DNA of 64,000 nt from a candidate division Hyd24-12 bacterium UBA6080 (GTDB taxonomy: Bacteria > Fermentibacterota > Fermentibacteria > Fermentibacterales > JCC-6): NCBI GenBank assembly GCA_002436025.1, contig DIXM01000002.1:245659-309658 (forward strand). The letters run 5' to 3'. The translations under genes and the position numbers were made by a program. Below the pieces are notes generated by a model, which was given only the letters and a program-made list of their open reading frames with translations, was not told the origin of the DNA and did not search any database. This document shows, one piece after another, positions 35,796 through 46,708 of this stretch. How positions within the stretch are numbered: position 1 is the stretch's first letter; the number at the start of each line of letters is the position of its first letter.

Positions 35796-36161
35796 ATGGA
35801 AGCCGTAGCAAAGGCCAGATTTGTCAGGGTTCCCCCCCGGAAGGCCAGGCAGGTCGCCGACCTCATCCGGGGCAAATCCGTTGGCCAGGCGCTGTCCATA
35901 CTCATGACAGTGCCCAAGGTTGCCTCGAAGATCATCGCCAAGACACTCGATTCCGCTGTGGCGAACGCCGTCTTTCTCTCCGACGGCGCCAAGCTCGAGG
36001 CTGAGAAAATGAAGGTCTCCCTTATCACCGTGGACGAGGGCCCCATGGTTGCCCGCTGGCGTCCCAGGGCCAGGGGCAGGGCCACACGCATTGTTCACCG
36101 GACCAGTCACATCACCGTCAGGGTCAGCCAGGGTGAAGCTGCCGGACCGGAGAAGAGGTAA
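35796..36161 (+). CDS. rplV: 50S ribosomal protein L22
   Basis: MEAVAKARFVRVPPRKARQVADLIRGKSV. Internal ATG of ORF 35664. Confidence 0.88.
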   Translation: MEAVAKARFVRVPPRKARQVADLIRGKSVGQALSILMTVPKVASKIIAKTLDSAVANAVFLSDGAKLEAEKMKVSLITVDEGPMVARWRPRARGRATRIVHRTSHITVRVSQGEAAGPEKR

Positions 36162-36163
36162 AC

Positions 36164-36817
36164 ATGGGACAGAAGACAAATCCTATCGGCCTCAGGCTGG
36201 GGATCACCAGAAGCTGGGACTCGGTCTGGTTCGCCAAGGGCAGGAATTTCGCGAAGCTGGTTGAAGAGGACGCAAGGATCAGAAAGTACATCCTTCTGAA
36301 CCCTCTCCTCGACAAGGCCCAGATAAGCAAGGTCCAGATACTCAGGAAGCCCCAGGAAGTGCATATCGCCATCAGCACGGCAAGACCCGGCATGGTCATC
36401 GGCACGAGGGGCAAGACCATCGACAAGCTCACCAGCGAACTCACCGCCCTCACCGACAAGACCGTGAAGGTCAAGGTTGACCAGATCGACAATCCGGAAG
36501 TGAGCGCAGTCCTGGTCGCCGAGAACGTCGCCAGGCAACTGGAGAACAGGGTTTCGGTCAGAAGGGCCATAAAGAGAACAATATCCGACACGATAAGGGC
36601 CGGTGCTCTGGGAATCAAGGTTTCCTGTTCCGGCAGGCTGGGCGGAGCGGAGATGTCCAGGATCAACACGTACCATGAGGGCCGGGTTCCCCTGCACACC
36701 CTCAGGGCGGACATCGACTTCGCCAGGGCCGTCTCCCGTACCACATACGGCGTGATCGGCGTTAAGGTCTGGATCTATGTGGGCGATGTTCACGAAGCCC
36801 CCGTGGCCGGATCCTGA
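36164..36817 (+). CDS. rpsC: 30S ribosomal protein S3
   Basis: MGQKTNPIGLRLGI... with a KH domain. Confidence 0.92.
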   Translation: MGQKTNPIGLRLGITRSWDSVWFAKGRNFAKLVEEDARIRKYILLNPLLDKAQISKVQILRKPQEVHIAISTARPGMVIGTRGKTIDKLTSELTALTDKTVKVKVDQIDNPEVSAVLVAENVARQLENRVSVRRAIKRTISDTIRAGALGIKVSCSGRLGGAEMSRINTYHEGRVPLHTLRADIDFARAVSRTTYGVIGVKVWIYVGDVHEAPVAGS

Positions 36818-36834
36818 GAGAGTGGTGATGCAGC

Positions 36835-37257
36835 ATGTTGATGCCGAAAAGAACTAAGTACCGGAAACAGCACCGGGGAAGAATGCGGGGAATGGCCAAG
36901 GGCGGCGCCGAGGTTTCCTTCGGTGAATTCGGCCTTCAGGCCCTGGCCCCGGGTTGGATCACGAGCGCCCAGATCGAGGCAGCCCGAATCGCCATGACCA
37001 GACACATCAAGAGGGGCGGAAAGGTTTGGATCAGGGTCTTCCCTGACAAACCCATCACTGCCACCCCTCTGGAAACAAGGATGGGCAAGGGCAAGGGGCC
37101 GGTTGAGGGCTGGGTTGCCGTAATAAGACCCGGCCGGGTGATGTTTGAAATCGAGGGAGTGGCACCGGAAACCGCCAGGGAGGCCATGCGCCTCGCCGGG
37201 CACAAGCTGCCGGTGGCAACCCGTTTCGTGATCAGGGATAAGGAGGCTCACCAGTGA
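36835..37257 (+). CDS. rplP: 50S ribosomal protein L16
   Basis: [19 protein letters not shown]. Confidence 0.92.
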   Translation: MLMPKRTKYRKQHRGRMRGMAKGGAEVSFGEFGLQALAPGWITSAQIEAARIAMTRHIKRGGKVWIRVFPDKPITATPLETRMGKGKGPVEGWVAVIRPGRVMFEIEGVAPETAREAMRLAGHKLPVATRFVIRDKEAHQ

Positions 37258-37472
37258 AACCTCATGAATTCCGGGCCATGAGCAGGGATGAGCTTGAGGA
37301 ACAGGTGAGAGAGCTCCAGAGGGAGATTTTCAACCTCAGGTTCCGCAAGGCGGCCCAGCAGCTCGACAACCCGGTGAAGGTTCGCATGGTCCGGAAAGAT
37401 CTGGCCCGGGCCTTGTCCATTCTTCATGAGATAGACATGGGCATTGAAACCAAAGCCGGGGAAGGGAACTGA
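37254..37472 (+). CDS. rpmC: 50S ribosomal protein L29
   Basis: 72 aa, ELREQ...FNLRFRKA. Confidence 0.88.
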   Translation: MKPHEFRAMSRDELEEQVRELQREIFNLRFRKAAQQLDNPVKVRMVRKDLARALSILHEIDMGIETKAGEGN

Positions 37473-37474
37473 CC

Positions 37475-37738
37475 ATGGCCGAAACAAGAGTAGGAAACAG
37501 AAGAGTGCTTCGTGGAACCGTGGTTTCGAGCGCCATGGACAAGACCGCAGTGGTGGAAGTCACCTCGGTCAAGGCTCACCCGGCCTACAAGAAGCGCGTT
37601 CGAAGCAGCAGCAGGTATTACGCCCACGACGAGAACAACCAGTGCGCCGTGGGGGATGTGGTTACCATCGCGGAAACCCGCCCCCTCTCCAGACTCAAGA
37701 GATGGCGCCTGATTGAGATCGTCGAGAAGGCCAAGTAG
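37475..37738 (+). CDS. rpsQ: 30S ribosomal protein S17
   Basis: 87 aa S17-like. Confidence 0.9.
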   Translation: MAETRVGNRRVLRGTVVSSAMDKTAVVEVTSVKAHPAYKKRVRSSSRYYAHDENNQCAVGDVVTIAETRPLSRLKRWRLIEIVEKAK

Positions 37739-37749
37739 GGAGGCCGGAT

Positions 37750-38115
37750 ATGATTCAGGTGTTATCAAGGCTCAAGGTAGCCGACAACTCCGGCGCCCGG
37801 GAGGTCATGTGCATCAAGGTACTGGGTGGTACCGGGCGTCGGTACGCCTACATCGGTGACCTCATCGTGGTCACCGTGAAAGAGTCGTCCCCCGGTGGGA
37901 CGGTGAAGAAGAGCGATGTCAGAAGGGCGGTTGTGGTCCGCACCCGCAAGGAACTCAACCGTGCCGACGGCTCAAGTGTAAGGTTCGACGACAACGCCGC
38001 AGTGATCCTTGACGACGCCGGTCAGCCCGTGGCCACAAGGATCTTCGGTCCGGTGGGTCGTGAGCTTCGTCAGCGTTTCATGAAGATCGTCTCGCTGGCG
38101 CCGGAGGTGATTTAG
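37750..38115 (+). CDS. rplN: 50S ribosomal protein L14
   Basis: [27 protein letters not shown]. Confidence 0.93.
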   Translation: MIQVLSRLKVADNSGAREVMCIKVLGGTGRRYAYIGDLIVVTVKESSPGGTVKKSDVRRAVVVRTRKELNRADGSSVRFDDNAAVILDDAGQPVATRIFGPVGRELRQRFMKIVSLAPEVI

Positions 38116-38116
38116 G

Positions 38117-38434
38117 ATGCATGTGCGCAAGGGCGACAAGGTTCTTGTCATCACCGGAAACGACAAGGGCAAGAGCGGCAAGGTGCTGAAGGTCTTCCGG
38201 GACAGGAACAAGGCAGTTGTGGAAGGCGTCAGGATCATCAAGCGCCACACCCGTCCGTCCCAGAAGAACCAGCAGGGTGGAATTGTGGAGAAGGAAGCCC
38301 CCATCGATGCTTCGAATCTTCAGGTGATCTGCCCTGACTGCGGCAAGGCTTCGGGCATGAGCCGTGTCAGGGATGAAGACGGCAATCTCTCTCGCAAGTG
38401 CAAGGCTTGCGGCGAGATCATCACTGCGGGATAG
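38117..38434 (+). CDS. rplX: 50S ribosomal protein L24 with C-terminal C4 zinc-ribbon tail
   Basis: KOW-containing L24 core (KGDKVLVITGNDKGKSGKV). The C-terminus is ICPDCGKASGMSRVRDEDGNLSRKCKACGEI (CxxC-x20-CxxC). Confidence 0.88.
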   Translation: MHVRKGDKVLVITGNDKGKSGKVLKVFRDRNKAVVEGVRIIKRHTRPSQKNQQGGIVEKEAPIDASNLQVICPDCGKASGMSRVRDEDGNLSRKCKACGEIITAG

Positions 38435-38442
38435 GAGACTGA

Positions 38443-39018
38443 ATGAGCGAGAACACCATGCCCAGGCTCAAGCAGATCTACCGGCAGGAGGTCCGCGGCA
38501 AGATGCTTGAGAAATTCAACTACACCAACGCCATGCAGACCCCGGGTCTGACCAAGATCGTGGTCAACATGGGGCTTGGCAAAGAAGCGATGGACAACGC
38601 CAACAACGTTACCAGCGCCCAATCCCAGATGGAGGCCATAACCGGCCAGAAGAGCGTTGTGGCGAAGGCCAAGAAATCCGTCGCGGCTTTCAGACTTCGC
38701 GAAGGAATGCCCATCGGGGTGTTCACCACCCTCAGGGGTGACAGGATGTGGGAGTATCTTGACCGGCTCATCAATTTCGCACTGCCCCAGGTGCGCGATT
38801 TCCGCGGACTGCCTTCAAAGGGGTTCGACGGAAGGGGCAACTACAATTTCGGAGTCGAGGAACAGGCGATCTTCCCCGAAATCGACGTGGACAAGATTGA
38901 CAAGTTCAGGGGGATGAACATCACCATCGTCACCACAGCCAGGAACGATGAAGAAGGCCTCGAGCTTCTCAGCCTCCTGGGAATGCCATTCCGTCGCAGT
39001 GGCAGAAGGGGGGCGTAG
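38443..39018 (+). CDS. rplE: 50S ribosomal protein L5
   Basis: 191 aa L5-like. Confidence 0.9.
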   Translation: MSENTMPRLKQIYRQEVRGKMLEKFNYTNAMQTPGLTKIVVNMGLGKEAMDNANNVTSAQSQMEAITGQKSVVAKAKKSVAAFRLREGMPIGVFTTLRGDRMWEYLDRLINFALPQVRDFRGLPSKGFDGRGNYNFGVEEQAIFPEIDVDKIDKFRGMNITIVTTARNDEEGLELLSLLGMPFRRSGRRGA

Positions 39019-39019
39019 A

Positions 39020-39205
39020 ATGGCGAAGAAGAGCCTGATCGCCAAACAGAAAAGACCCGCCAAGTTCCAGGTCAGGAACTACAACAGGTGCACTCTCTGC
39101 GGAAGGCCGAGGGGCTTTCTGCGAATGTTCGGAATATGTCGGATCTGCTTCAGGGATATGGCCAACAGGGGTCTTATTCCTGGTATCCGCAAGGCTAGCT
39201 GGTAG
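39020..39205 (+). CDS. rpsN: 30S ribosomal protein S14 type Z (zinc-binding, 61 aa)
   Basis: [16 protein letters not shown]...[22 protein letters not shown]. Coordinates follow the ORF-track frame; my text reading near here is 1 nt ambiguous. Confidence 0.85.
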   Translation: MAKKSLIAKQKRPAKFQVRNYNRCTLCGRPRGFLRMFGICRICFRDMANRGLIPGIRKASW

Positions 39206-39218
39206 GAAGGGGTAAAAC

Positions 39219-39614
39219 ATGTCAATGACCGACCCGATAGCCGACATGCTGACCCGGATCAGGAACGCTTCCTCGGCGGGCCACAAGATGGTTGATATTC
39301 CTGCGTCGAAATTGAAGGCCAGCATCGCCAGGGTCCTCTACAACCATGGCTTCATTCTCGGCTTCCGCAGAATCGAAGACGGGAAACAGGGGGTGCTCAG
39401 GGTTTACCTGGCATACAGGAACGGAACACCCCTGATCGTGGGAATAAAAAGAATCTCCAAGCCCGGGTGCAGAGTGTACGCCGGTGTTGATACCCTTCCC
39501 AGAGTCATGGGAGGCAGAGGGCTGGCAGTACTCACCACGCCCAGGGGGATCATCACCGATTTCGAGGCCAGGAAACACAACGTGGGCGGCGAAGTGCTGC
39601 TCCACGTCTGGTAA
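39219..39614 (+). CDS. rpsH: 30S ribosomal protein S8
   Basis: MSMTDPIADMLTRIRNA. Confidence 0.92.
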   Translation: MSMTDPIADMLTRIRNASSAGHKMVDIPASKLKASIARVLYNHGFILGFRRIEDGKQGVLRVYLAYRNGTPLIVGIKRISKPGCRVYAGVDTLPRVMGGRGLAVLTTPRGIITDFEARKHNVGGEVLLHVW

Positions 39615-39627
39615 GCGGGGGTAGGGA

Positions 39628-40173
39628 ATGTCAAGAATCGGAAAGCTTCCCATCCCCCTCCAAGGCGCAAAGGTGACCCTCTCCGGTAATACCGTGACAG
39701 CGGTCGGCGCCCGGGGGGAGGACACTTTCGTCCTCCCGGATGGGATAACAATTGAGGTCACCGGCGAGATGGTGAACGTCAATCGCCGGGATGACAGCCC
39801 GGATCAGCGCCGGCTTCACGGCGTGACCCGCGCCCAGCTCAACAACCGAATCCTCGGTGTGACGCGGGGTCACACACTTGAACTGGTTGTTCAGGGCAAG
39901 GGTTACCAGGCTGAGCTCGTGGGAAAAGCGATTGAAATGCAGATCGGTTTTTCCCACAAAGTCGTGGTTTCCATTCCCGAAGGGCTGAAGGTCGAACTCA
40001 AGCTGGGCCAGAACACGTTCAGCCTGGTCATTGCCGGGAACGACAAGCAGCTCGTGGGGAACTTCGCTTCAACACTCTACAAGATCAGGCCGGTTGAACC
40101 CTACAACCTCATCGGGTTCCGGTACAGCGACCAGCAGATAAAGCGCAAGGCCGCCAAGTCTGCAACAAGTTAG
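39628..40173 (+). CDS. rplF: 50S ribosomal protein L6
   Basis: MSRIGKLPIPL... Confidence 0.92.
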   Translation: MSRIGKLPIPLQGAKVTLSGNTVTAVGARGEDTFVLPDGITIEVTGEMVNVNRRDDSPDQRRLHGVTRAQLNNRILGVTRGHTLELVVQGKGYQAELVGKAIEMQIGFSHKVVVSIPEGLKVELKLGQNTFSLVIAGNDKQLVGNFASTLYKIRPVEPYNLIGFRYSDQQIKRKAAKSATS

Positions 40174-40189
40174 AAGAACGGAGGCAATC

Positions 40190-40552
40190 ATGTCCAAACC
40201 TGACAGAATTCAGCGCCTCCTTCGCCGGCACAGGAGCATCAGGAAGAAGATCTCAGGAACAGCGGAGCGACCCAGGCTTTTCGTCCGGCGGACCAACCGG
40301 CACATGCTTGCGAGTCTCATCGATGACCAGGCTGGCAGGACGCTGCTCTCCCTCACCACCGACTCCAGGGAGATCGGGGAAGCAGCAACCGGGAGCAAAA
40401 GCGACAGGGCTGCGTTCCTCGGAGCAAAACTGGCTGAAAAGGCCAGGGCGATAGGCGTTGAAAAAGTAGTATTTGACCGGGGCGGTCATCCCTTCCACGG
40501 TAGGGTGAAGGCTCTGGCTGAAAAAGCCCGCGAAGGCGGACTGGTTTTCTAG
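40190..40552 (+). CDS. rplR: 50S ribosomal protein L18
   Basis: 120 aa L18-like. Confidence 0.9.
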   Translation: MSKPDRIQRLLRRHRSIRKKISGTAERPRLFVRRTNRHMLASLIDDQAGRTLLSLTTDSREIGEAATGSKSDRAAFLGAKLAEKARAIGVEKVVFDRGGHPFHGRVKALAEKAREGGLVF

Positions 40553-40562
40553 GGGGCTCTCA

Positions 40563-41192
40563 ATGGCTGAAGAAAAACAGGGCGGAAGGTCTTCCCGGGG
40601 CACAGGAGCTGCCGGTGGCGGCCCGGGCGCCAGAGGTAACAGGACTCCCAAGGATCGCAAGGAAGCCAAGGGCAGACAGCGCAAGCCCGAAGTGGTCGAG
40701 GACGACGGCCTGGTGGACAGGCTGATAGCGGTCAACCGCTGCGCCAAGGTCACCAAGGGCGGCAGAACCTTCGGCTTCAACGCCATCGTTGCCGTGGGAG
40801 ACCAGAACGGCAAGGTCGGCGTCGGTCTCGGAAAGGCTACCGAGCTTCCCGAATCAATCAGGAAGGCTACCGAAGCCGCCAAGAAGAGCATGATCGAGAT
40901 TCCAATGATGGACAACCGCACGCTGCCCCACGTCATCGTGGGCAGGTACGGAGCGGGGCAGGTTCTGCTTCGTCCCGCCAGCCCCGGAACGGGTGTCATC
41001 GCCGGAAGCGCCGTGCGCGCCATAATGGAGTGCGCCGGTGTCAAAGACGTTCTCACCAAGGCTCAGGGCACAAGCAACCCGCACAATGTGGTCAAGGCCA
41101 CCATGAGCGGGCTGACCGATCTCATCACGATCACCAGGGTGAGTGCCATCCGGTCCAAGATCGTCGCCGGAAGGACGGAGAACAATGGCTGA
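40563..41192 (+). CDS. rpsE: 30S ribosomal protein S5 (with Gly/Arg-rich N-terminal extension)
   Basis: S5 core [39 protein letters not shown], preceded by an extension of about 45 aa. Confidence 0.9.
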   Translation: MAEEKQGGRSSRGTGAAGGGPGARGNRTPKDRKEAKGRQRKPEVVEDDGLVDRLIAVNRCAKVTKGGRTFGFNAIVAVGDQNGKVGVGLGKATELPESIRKATEAAKKSMIEIPMMDNRTLPHVIVGRYGAGQVLLRPASPGTGVIAGSAVRAIMECAGVKDVLTKAQGTSNPHNVVKATMSGLTDLITITRVSAIRSKIVAGRTENNG

Positions 41193-41376
41193 GGCAAAAC
41201 TCAGGATCACCAAGGTGAAGAGCTGCATCGGAAGGCAGGAAGTGCAGAAGCGCACACTTGCCGCCCTCGGGCTCAGAAAGATCAACCAGGTGGTTGAACA
41301 GCCGGATAACCCGCAGACCAGGGGCATGGTTTTCAGGGTTCGCCATCTTGTTAAAGTGGAAGAGGTGAAGGCATGA
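41185..41376 (+). CDS. rpmD: 50S ribosomal protein L30
   Basis: [34 protein letters not shown]. Internal ATG of ORF 41143. 8-nt overlap with rpsE. Confidence 0.85.
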   Translation: MAEAKLRITKVKSCIGRQEVQKRTLAALGLRKINQVVEQPDNPQTRGMVFRVRHLVKVEEVKA

Positions 41377-41816
41377 GAAGGCTGCAACACCTCCGTCCCG
41401 CCGATGGCGCCACCAAGGACCGCCTTCGAAGGGGATGCGGCCGGGGAACCGGCAACGGCGGAACTGCCGGCAAGGGCCACAAGGGCCAGAAGGCAAGGGG
41501 GAAGATCCACCCCTGGTTCGAGGGCGGACAGCTCCCCATCCACCGCAGGATGACACACAAGGGGTTCAGCAATTTCAGGTTCGCCATCGACTACCAGGTC
41601 GTGAACGTCGGGATGCTGAACAGATTCGAGAACTCAACGGTGATCACCCCGGACATTCTCAAGTGCGCGGGCCTCATCTCTTCCCGGAACAAGCCGGTGA
41701 AGATCCTCGGCGACGGCGCGCTTGAGAAGGAACTCACGGTCTGCGCCCACGCGTTCACCCAGAGCGCTCTCGAGACCATCAAGTCCGCCGGGGGGACCGC
41801 AGAGGTGATCGGCTGA
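41373..41816 (+). CDS. rplO: 50S ribosomal protein L15
   Basis: Gly-rich L15. Confidence 0.9.
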   Translation: MRRLQHLRPADGATKDRLRRGCGRGTGNGGTAGKGHKGQKARGKIHPWFEGGQLPIHRRMTHKGFSNFRFAIDYQVVNVGMLNRFENSTVITPDILKCAGLISSRNKPVKILGDGALEKELTVCAHAFTQSALETIKSAGGTAEVIG

Positions 41817-43120
41817 TGCGCGGTTTCGAAAGCATCATGAAGATACAGGAGCTGAGGAAGAAGATCATATACACCTTCCTGCTCCTGGCGGTTTACCGCA
41901 TCGGCGGGCACATCCCTGTTCCCGGTATCGATGGTTCCGCCCTTCAGGAGGCCTTTAACTCCGCCGGCGGCATGATGGGCATGTATGACCTGTTCGTGGG
42001 CGGCGCCCTCAGCAGGGCAAGCATTTTCGCGCTGGGGATCATGCCCTACATCTCTGCCTCGATCATCATCCAGCTCCTCACTTCCGTGGTGCCCTACTTC
42101 GAGAAACTGAAGAAGGAGGGCGAAGCCGGCAGACAGAAGATGACCGAGATCACCCGTTACGGCACGGTGCTTCTTGGGTTGATCCAGGGCCTGGGCATCT
42201 CCCAGTTCATCGTGGGCATGAATCAGCAGGTTCCCGGGGTAGTACCCAATCCCGGTCTGGGTTTCACCCTGCAGACGGTCCTCACCCTGATCACCGGCAC
42301 CATATTCGTGATGTGGCTGGGCGAGCGCATCAGTGAGCGGGGCGTGGGCAACGGCATAAGCCTCATCATCTTCGCCGGCATCGTCGGGGATATCCCCCAG
42401 GCTGTGATATCGCTCTACAGAGATGTCTTCGTGCTTCAGCAGACCAACTTCATGAGCATGATATTCCTTTTGGTGTTCATGTTCGCCACTGTGGCTTTCG
42501 TTGTCCTGATGACCGAAGCCCAGCGCAAGATTCCCGTCACCTACGCCAAGCAGGTGAGGGGAAGGAAGGTCTACGGCGGCCAGAGCACGTTCATTCCCAT
42601 CCGCCTCAACACCGCTGGGGTGATCCCCGTGATCTTCGCCCAGTCCTTCATGATGTTCCCGTCCTCCATAGCGATGTTCTTCCCCAACTCCGGAATAGAT
42701 GACTGGGTGAACAGCTGGCTCTCCCCGGGGGGCGCCATCTACAACATCGTCTATGCCGTGCTCATCATCGTGTTCGCCTACGTGTACACCGCCATAACCT
42801 TCAACCCCCAGGACCTCTCCGACAACATGAAGAAGTACGGCGGTTTCATTCCGGGCAGAAAACCGGGCAAGTCCACGGCGAAGTACATCGAGCGGGTCCT
42901 TGTCAGAGTTACGCTTCCGGGAGCCATCTTCCTGGCCCTGATCGCTGTGCTTCCCATGATCCTCATCAGGCAGATGGGCGTGAACTTCATGTTCGGCGGC
43001 ACCAGTCTCCTGATCGTGGTCGGGGTGGCCCTCGAAACCCTCAGACAGATCGAGACCCACCTTCTCATGAGGCATTACGATGGCTTCCTCAGCAAGGGAA
43101 GGATTCGCGGCCGCCGATGA
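41816..43120 (+). CDS. secY: Preprotein translocase subunit SecY
   Basis: 434 aa, 10 TM helices, SecY signature. Confidence 0.93.
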   Translation: MRGFESIMKIQELRKKIIYTFLLLAVYRIGGHIPVPGIDGSALQEAFNSAGGMMGMYDLFVGGALSRASIFALGIMPYISASIIIQLLTSVVPYFEKLKKEGEAGRQKMTEITRYGTVLLGLIQGLGISQFIVGMNQQVPGVVPNPGLGFTLQTVLTLITGTIFVMWLGERISERGVGNGISLIIFAGIVGDIPQAVISLYRDVFVLQQTNFMSMIFLLVFMFATVAFVVLMTEAQRKIPVTYAKQVRGRKVYGGQSTFIPIRLNTAGVIPVIFAQSFMMFPSSIAMFFPNSGIDDWVNSWLSPGGAIYNIVYAVLIIVFAYVYTAITFNPQDLSDNMKKYGGFIPGRKPGKSTAKYIERVLVRVTLPGAIFLALIAVLPMILIRQMGVNFMFGGTSLLIVVGVALETLRQIETHLLMRHYDGFLSKGRIRGRR

Positions 43121-43734
43121 TCGTAACCTTCTTCGGTTCACCCGGCTCCGGAAAGGGCACCCAGGCTGAACTCGCCTCAAGGGCCCTGGGACTCACCCAT
43201 GTGTCCACGGGCAACCTTTTCCGCAGGGAGATCGAGCGGAACAGCGCCCTTGGCTGCAAGATCCGGGATGTTCTCGAAGCGGGAAAACTGGTGGCCGACG
43301 AGATAGTGAACGAGCTTGTTTTTCAACTGCTCCATGAGCTTCCAGGGGTACTCCTCGACGGGTACCCCCGGAACGTTTTCCAGGCCGGCAGTCTCGACGG
43401 CTTCCTGCTTCAGGGCAGCCGGAAGCTTGATCTGGCTGTCTTTCTGGATATCCCCGAGACCGAGGCGGTATGCAGGCTCTCCGGCAGGCGTCAATGCACT
43501 TCCTGCGGCGTCCAGGCCGCTTCCTCAGACGAGTCCTGCAACTCCTGCGGAGCAGCGCTGATACGCCGCACCGACGACGACCCCGGCGTGATACACCGGC
43601 GTTTCGAGGAGTATCGCCTTAAGACAAGCCCACTCGAGGCGTTCTACGCCGGAAGGCTTGTCAGGGTGGACGGAGTCGGAACCGTTGCGCAGGTCCATTC
43701 CCGGGTCCTGAAGGCGATGGAACCATGGCTGTGA
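43117..43734 (+). CDS. adk: Adenylate kinase (zinc-lid form)
   Basis: GSPGSGKGTQ P-loop. LID with CTSCG...CNSCG. ATGA overlap with secY. Confidence 0.9.
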   Translation: MIVTFFGSPGSGKGTQAELASRALGLTHVSTGNLFRREIERNSALGCKIRDVLEAGKLVADEIVNELVFQLLHELPGVLLDGYPRNVFQAGSLDGFLLQGSRKLDLAVFLDIPETEAVCRLSGRRQCTSCGVQAASSDESCNSCGAALIRRTDDDPGVIHRRFEEYRLKTSPLEAFYAGRLVRVDGVGTVAQVHSRVLKAMEPWL

Positions 43735-44471
43735 TCACCTCCAAAAACGAAATTGCCGCCATGCGCGAAGCCTGCAGGATTGTGAGGAAGGTTCTCACCG
43801 AGACCGGTTCTTTCATCGAGCCGGGCGTTACCACGGCCGCCATTGACGCCCTCGGCAGAAGGATCATCGAAGCGGAGGGTGCCGTTCCCTCCTTTCTGGG
43901 CTACAACGGCTATCCTGCAGGGGTCTGTGTATCCGTGAACAACGAGGTGGTCCACGGCATTCCATCCACAGACCGAACCATCAAGGAAGGCGATCTGGTA
44001 AGCGTTGATGTGGGAGCTTTCAAAGGGGGCTTTCACGGCGACGCTGCCGAGACCTTTCCGGTGGGCAGGGTGATCCCCCTTGCCTCGAAGCTGCTTGAGG
44101 TAACCCTCAGGGCAAGGGACCTTGGCATAGCCGCCGCAGTCAGCGGGGGCCATGTGGGTGATATCGGAGCCGCGGTTCAACAGGAAGTTGAGAAGAACGG
44201 CTTCAGCGTTGTCAGGCAGCTCGTGGGTCACGGCATCGGCAGACGGCTTCACGAGAAGCCACAGGTGCCCAACTATGGGTCGATTGGAAGGGGAATGCGG
44301 CTGTCCGACGGACTGCTGCTGGCCATTGAACCCATGGTGAACTCCGGAGACGCGTTCGTGAAAACACTTTCCGACGGTTGGACCGTCATCACGGCGGACG
44401 GGTCGCTTTCCGCCCACGCGGAGCATACGGTGATGGTTCGTGGGCGTGAACCGGAAATATTGACGGCGTAG
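43725..44471 (+). CDS. map: Methionine aminopeptidase type I
   Basis: 248 aa with the metal-ligand pattern of MAP1. Confidence 0.9.
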   Translation: MAVITSKNEIAAMREACRIVRKVLTETGSFIEPGVTTAAIDALGRRIIEAEGAVPSFLGYNGYPAGVCVSVNNEVVHGIPSTDRTIKEGDLVSVDVGAFKGGFHGDAAETFPVGRVIPLASKLLEVTLRARDLGIAAAVSGGHVGDIGAAVQQEVEKNGFSVVRQLVGHGIGRRLHEKPQVPNYGSIGRGMRLSDGLLLAIEPMVNSGDAFVKTLSDGWTVITADGSLSAHAEHTVMVRGREPEILTA

Positions 44472-44524
44472 ACATTTATGCGAATAATTGGGGTTCTCAT
44501 AGTACCGGAAGGGAGTGAAGGCAC

Positions 44525-44749
44525 TTGGCGAAAGAACAGGGCGTAGTGGTTGACGGGACCGTTCTCGAGACACTTCCCAACAACATGTGTCGCGTTCAGC
44601 TGGACAAGCCCGAGGGTCATGTGGTCCTTTGCCATGTTTCCGGCAAGATGAGAATGCATTACATAAGAATACTGGTGGGCGACAGGGTCACGGTCGAGAT
44701 CTCCCCCTACGATCTCACCCGGGGCAGGATCACCTACAGGTACAAGTGA
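44525..44749 (+). CDS. infA: Translation initiation factor IF-1
   Basis: 74 aa S1-like OB fold. TTG start after a GGGAG-containing RBS. Confidence 0.88.
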   Translation: MAKEQGVVVDGTVLETLPNNMCRVQLDKPEGHVVLCHVSGKMRMHYIRILVGDRVTVEISPYDLTRGRITYRYK

Positions 44750-44758
44750 GGTTGAAAA

Positions 44759-44875
44759 ATGAAGGTACGCAGTTCAGTGAAGAAAATCTGCGAATACTGC
44801 CGAATTGTTCGCCGCAACGGGAAGGTGCATGTCATCTGCCCCCGGAATCCGCGACACAAACAACGGCAGGGATAG
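44759..44875 (+). CDS. rpmJ: 50S ribosomal protein L36 (zinc form)
   Basis: Manual translation: [38 protein letters not shown]. Below the ORF-track size cutoff. Confidence 0.85.
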   Translation: MKVRSSVKKICEYCRIVRRNGKVHVICPRNPRHKQRQG

Positions 44876-44904
44876 CCGCATAAAACGGCGACGGAGGTGT
44901 AAGA

Positions 44905-45270
44905 TTGGCGAGAATCGCAGGAGTTGACCTGCCCAGGAACAAGCATGTGCTCTACGCTCTTCCGTACATCCACGGCATTGGGCTCACTAGTTCCAGGTTC
45001 ATTCTGGACAAGGTCGGGATTCCCATGGACAGGAACACCGATGCCCTTTCAGAAAGCGATGTTGCTGCTCTTCGTAAAGTCATCGAAGAGGAGTTCAAGG
45101 TAGAGGGCGCCCTCAGGGCCGAGGTCAGCATGAACCGTAAAAGGTTGATGGATATCGGCTGCTACAGGGGGCTCAGACATCGCAGGGGTCTTCCAGTCCG
45201 GGGACAGAGAACCCACACCAATGCCCGCACCCGCAAGGGTCCCAAGCAGGGCCACACCAGGAAGCGGTAG
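44905..45270 (+). CDS. rpsM: 30S ribosomal protein S13
   Basis: [15 protein letters not shown]... Confidence 0.92.
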   Translation: MARIAGVDLPRNKHVLYALPYIHGIGLTSSRFILDKVGIPMDRNTDALSESDVAALRKVIEEEFKVEGALRAEVSMNRKRLMDIGCYRGLRHRRGLPVRGQRTHTNARTRKGPKQGHTRKR

Positions 45271-45281
45271 GGAGGTAGACC

Positions 45282-45683
45282 TTGCCCAAAGCTAAGGGAA
45301 AGCGAATAGTCAAGAAAATCACCAGGGTTTCGGATATTAATGGTGTTGCGCACATTAAATCCTCGTTCAACAACACCCTGGTTTCCATTTCCGACCGGCA
45401 GGGAAATGTCATCACATGGGCCAGCGGTGGAACCACCGGGGTCAAGGGAACAAGAAAGAGCACGGCCTACGCCGCGAGCCAGGCAGCCGTTCAGGCTGCC
45501 GAGAGAGCCATAGAGGCGGGCCTGAAGAAGGTCGAGATATGGGTGATGGGTCCCGGATCAGGAAGGGAAGCCGCGGTCAGGGCCCTTCAGTCGACTGATC
45601 TTGAAGTGGTGGCCATCAAAGACATCACCCGGCTGCCTCACAACGGCTGCAGACCTACAAAGAGACGCAGGGGCAAGTCGTAG
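45282..45683 (+). CDS. rpsK: 30S ribosomal protein S11
   Basis: TTG start after GGGAGG. S11-like 133 aa. Confidence 0.9.
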   Translation: MPKAKGKRIVKKITRVSDINGVAHIKSSFNNTLVSISDRQGNVITWASGGTTGVKGTRKSTAYAASQAAVQAAERAIEAGLKKVEIWVMGPGSGREAAVRALQSTDLEVVAIKDITRLPHNGCRPTKRRRGKS

Positions 45684-45714
45684 GAGGGATTCTCAAGCCT
45701 TCAGGGGGAGATGA

Positions 45715-46701
45715 ATGGAATTCATGAAGCTTTACCTGCCGGACCGTATTCAGTGGGAACAGGAAACACTCACGGAAACCACTGGCAGGCTTGTGATAAC
45801 GCCTCTGGAAAGAGGTTTCGGCCGCACCCTTGGCAACGCGATGAGAAGGGTCATGCTCTCCTCGCTTGCGGGTGCTGCTCCCGTGTCTGTGACCATCAAA
45901 GGCGCCAGCCATGAGTTCAGCGCCCTTCCGGGTGTAAGGCAGGACGCATCTGACATCGTTCTGAACGTCAAGTCCCTGAGCATCCGCCACGACGGCGAAG
46001 AGCCGTGCACTCTCACGCTCAAGGCCGACAAGCCGGGTGTGTACACAGCGGCCTCCCTTGCGGGTGATCCCCTTCTCAGGGTGACCAATCCCGATCAGGA
46101 GATCGCTGAGATCACCGGCAAAGGCGTGCTGGACCTCACCATCCTGGTGGAAAAGGGCAAGGGCTTCGTCACGGTGGACGAGTGGTTCAATACCGGCAGG
46201 GGCCAGGAAATCGGCACCATGCTCGTTGACTCGTGGTTCTGCCCCGTGAAGACGGTCAATTACACCGTCGAAAGCGCCCGTGTCGGCGACAGAACAGACT
46301 ACGACTGCCTCTACATCGACATAACCACCGACGGAAGCCTTACGCCCCAGGAAGCCGTGGAGAAAACCTGCGCCATCCTTGTTCAGCACTTCAAAATGGT
46401 AATGGAGGGCACCGGGCCCGAAACATCCGAGGAAACAGGCGTTGAAAAGGCCGCTCCTGCTAAGAAGACCGAGAGCAAGCCAAAAAGCAGCAACTGGGAC
46501 TCGGTTCCCATCGACGATGAAGACTTCCAGATGGACAGGAAGTATGTGAATATACTGAAGTCCGCTGGGATTGAGACCGTCGGCGGACTCGCCGCCATGA
46601 CAGCCGACCAGTTGAAGGCATTCAACGGCGTGGGCGACAAAACCCTTCAGGTCATAAACGAGAAGCTTTCTCTGAAGGGCCTGAAGCTGAGAACGGAATA
46701 G
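45715..46701 (+). CDS. rpoA: DNA-directed RNA polymerase subunit alpha
   Basis: NTD ITPLERGFGRTLGNAMRRVMLSS and a CTD helix-hairpin-helix. Directly follows rpsK, with no rpsD between. Confidence 0.92.
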   Translation: MEFMKLYLPDRIQWEQETLTETTGRLVITPLERGFGRTLGNAMRRVMLSSLAGAAPVSVTIKGASHEFSALPGVRQDASDIVLNVKSLSIRHDGEEPCTLTLKADKPGVYTAASLAGDPLLRVTNPDQEIAEITGKGVLDLTILVEKGKGFVTVDEWFNTGRGQEIGTMLVDSWFCPVKTVNYTVESARVGDRTDYDCLYIDITTDGSLTPQEAVEKTCAILVQHFKMVMEGTGPETSEETGVEKAAPAKKTESKPKSSNWDSVPIDDEDFQMDRKYVNILKSAGIETVGGLAAMTADQLKAFNGVGDKTLQVINEKLSLKGLKLRTE

Positions 46702-46708
46702 GAAACCC

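Noticed and set aside
41591-43180. 529-aa ORF antisense to secY/adk
   Set aside because: Same GC-driven artefact. It lies opposite the highly conserved secY gene.
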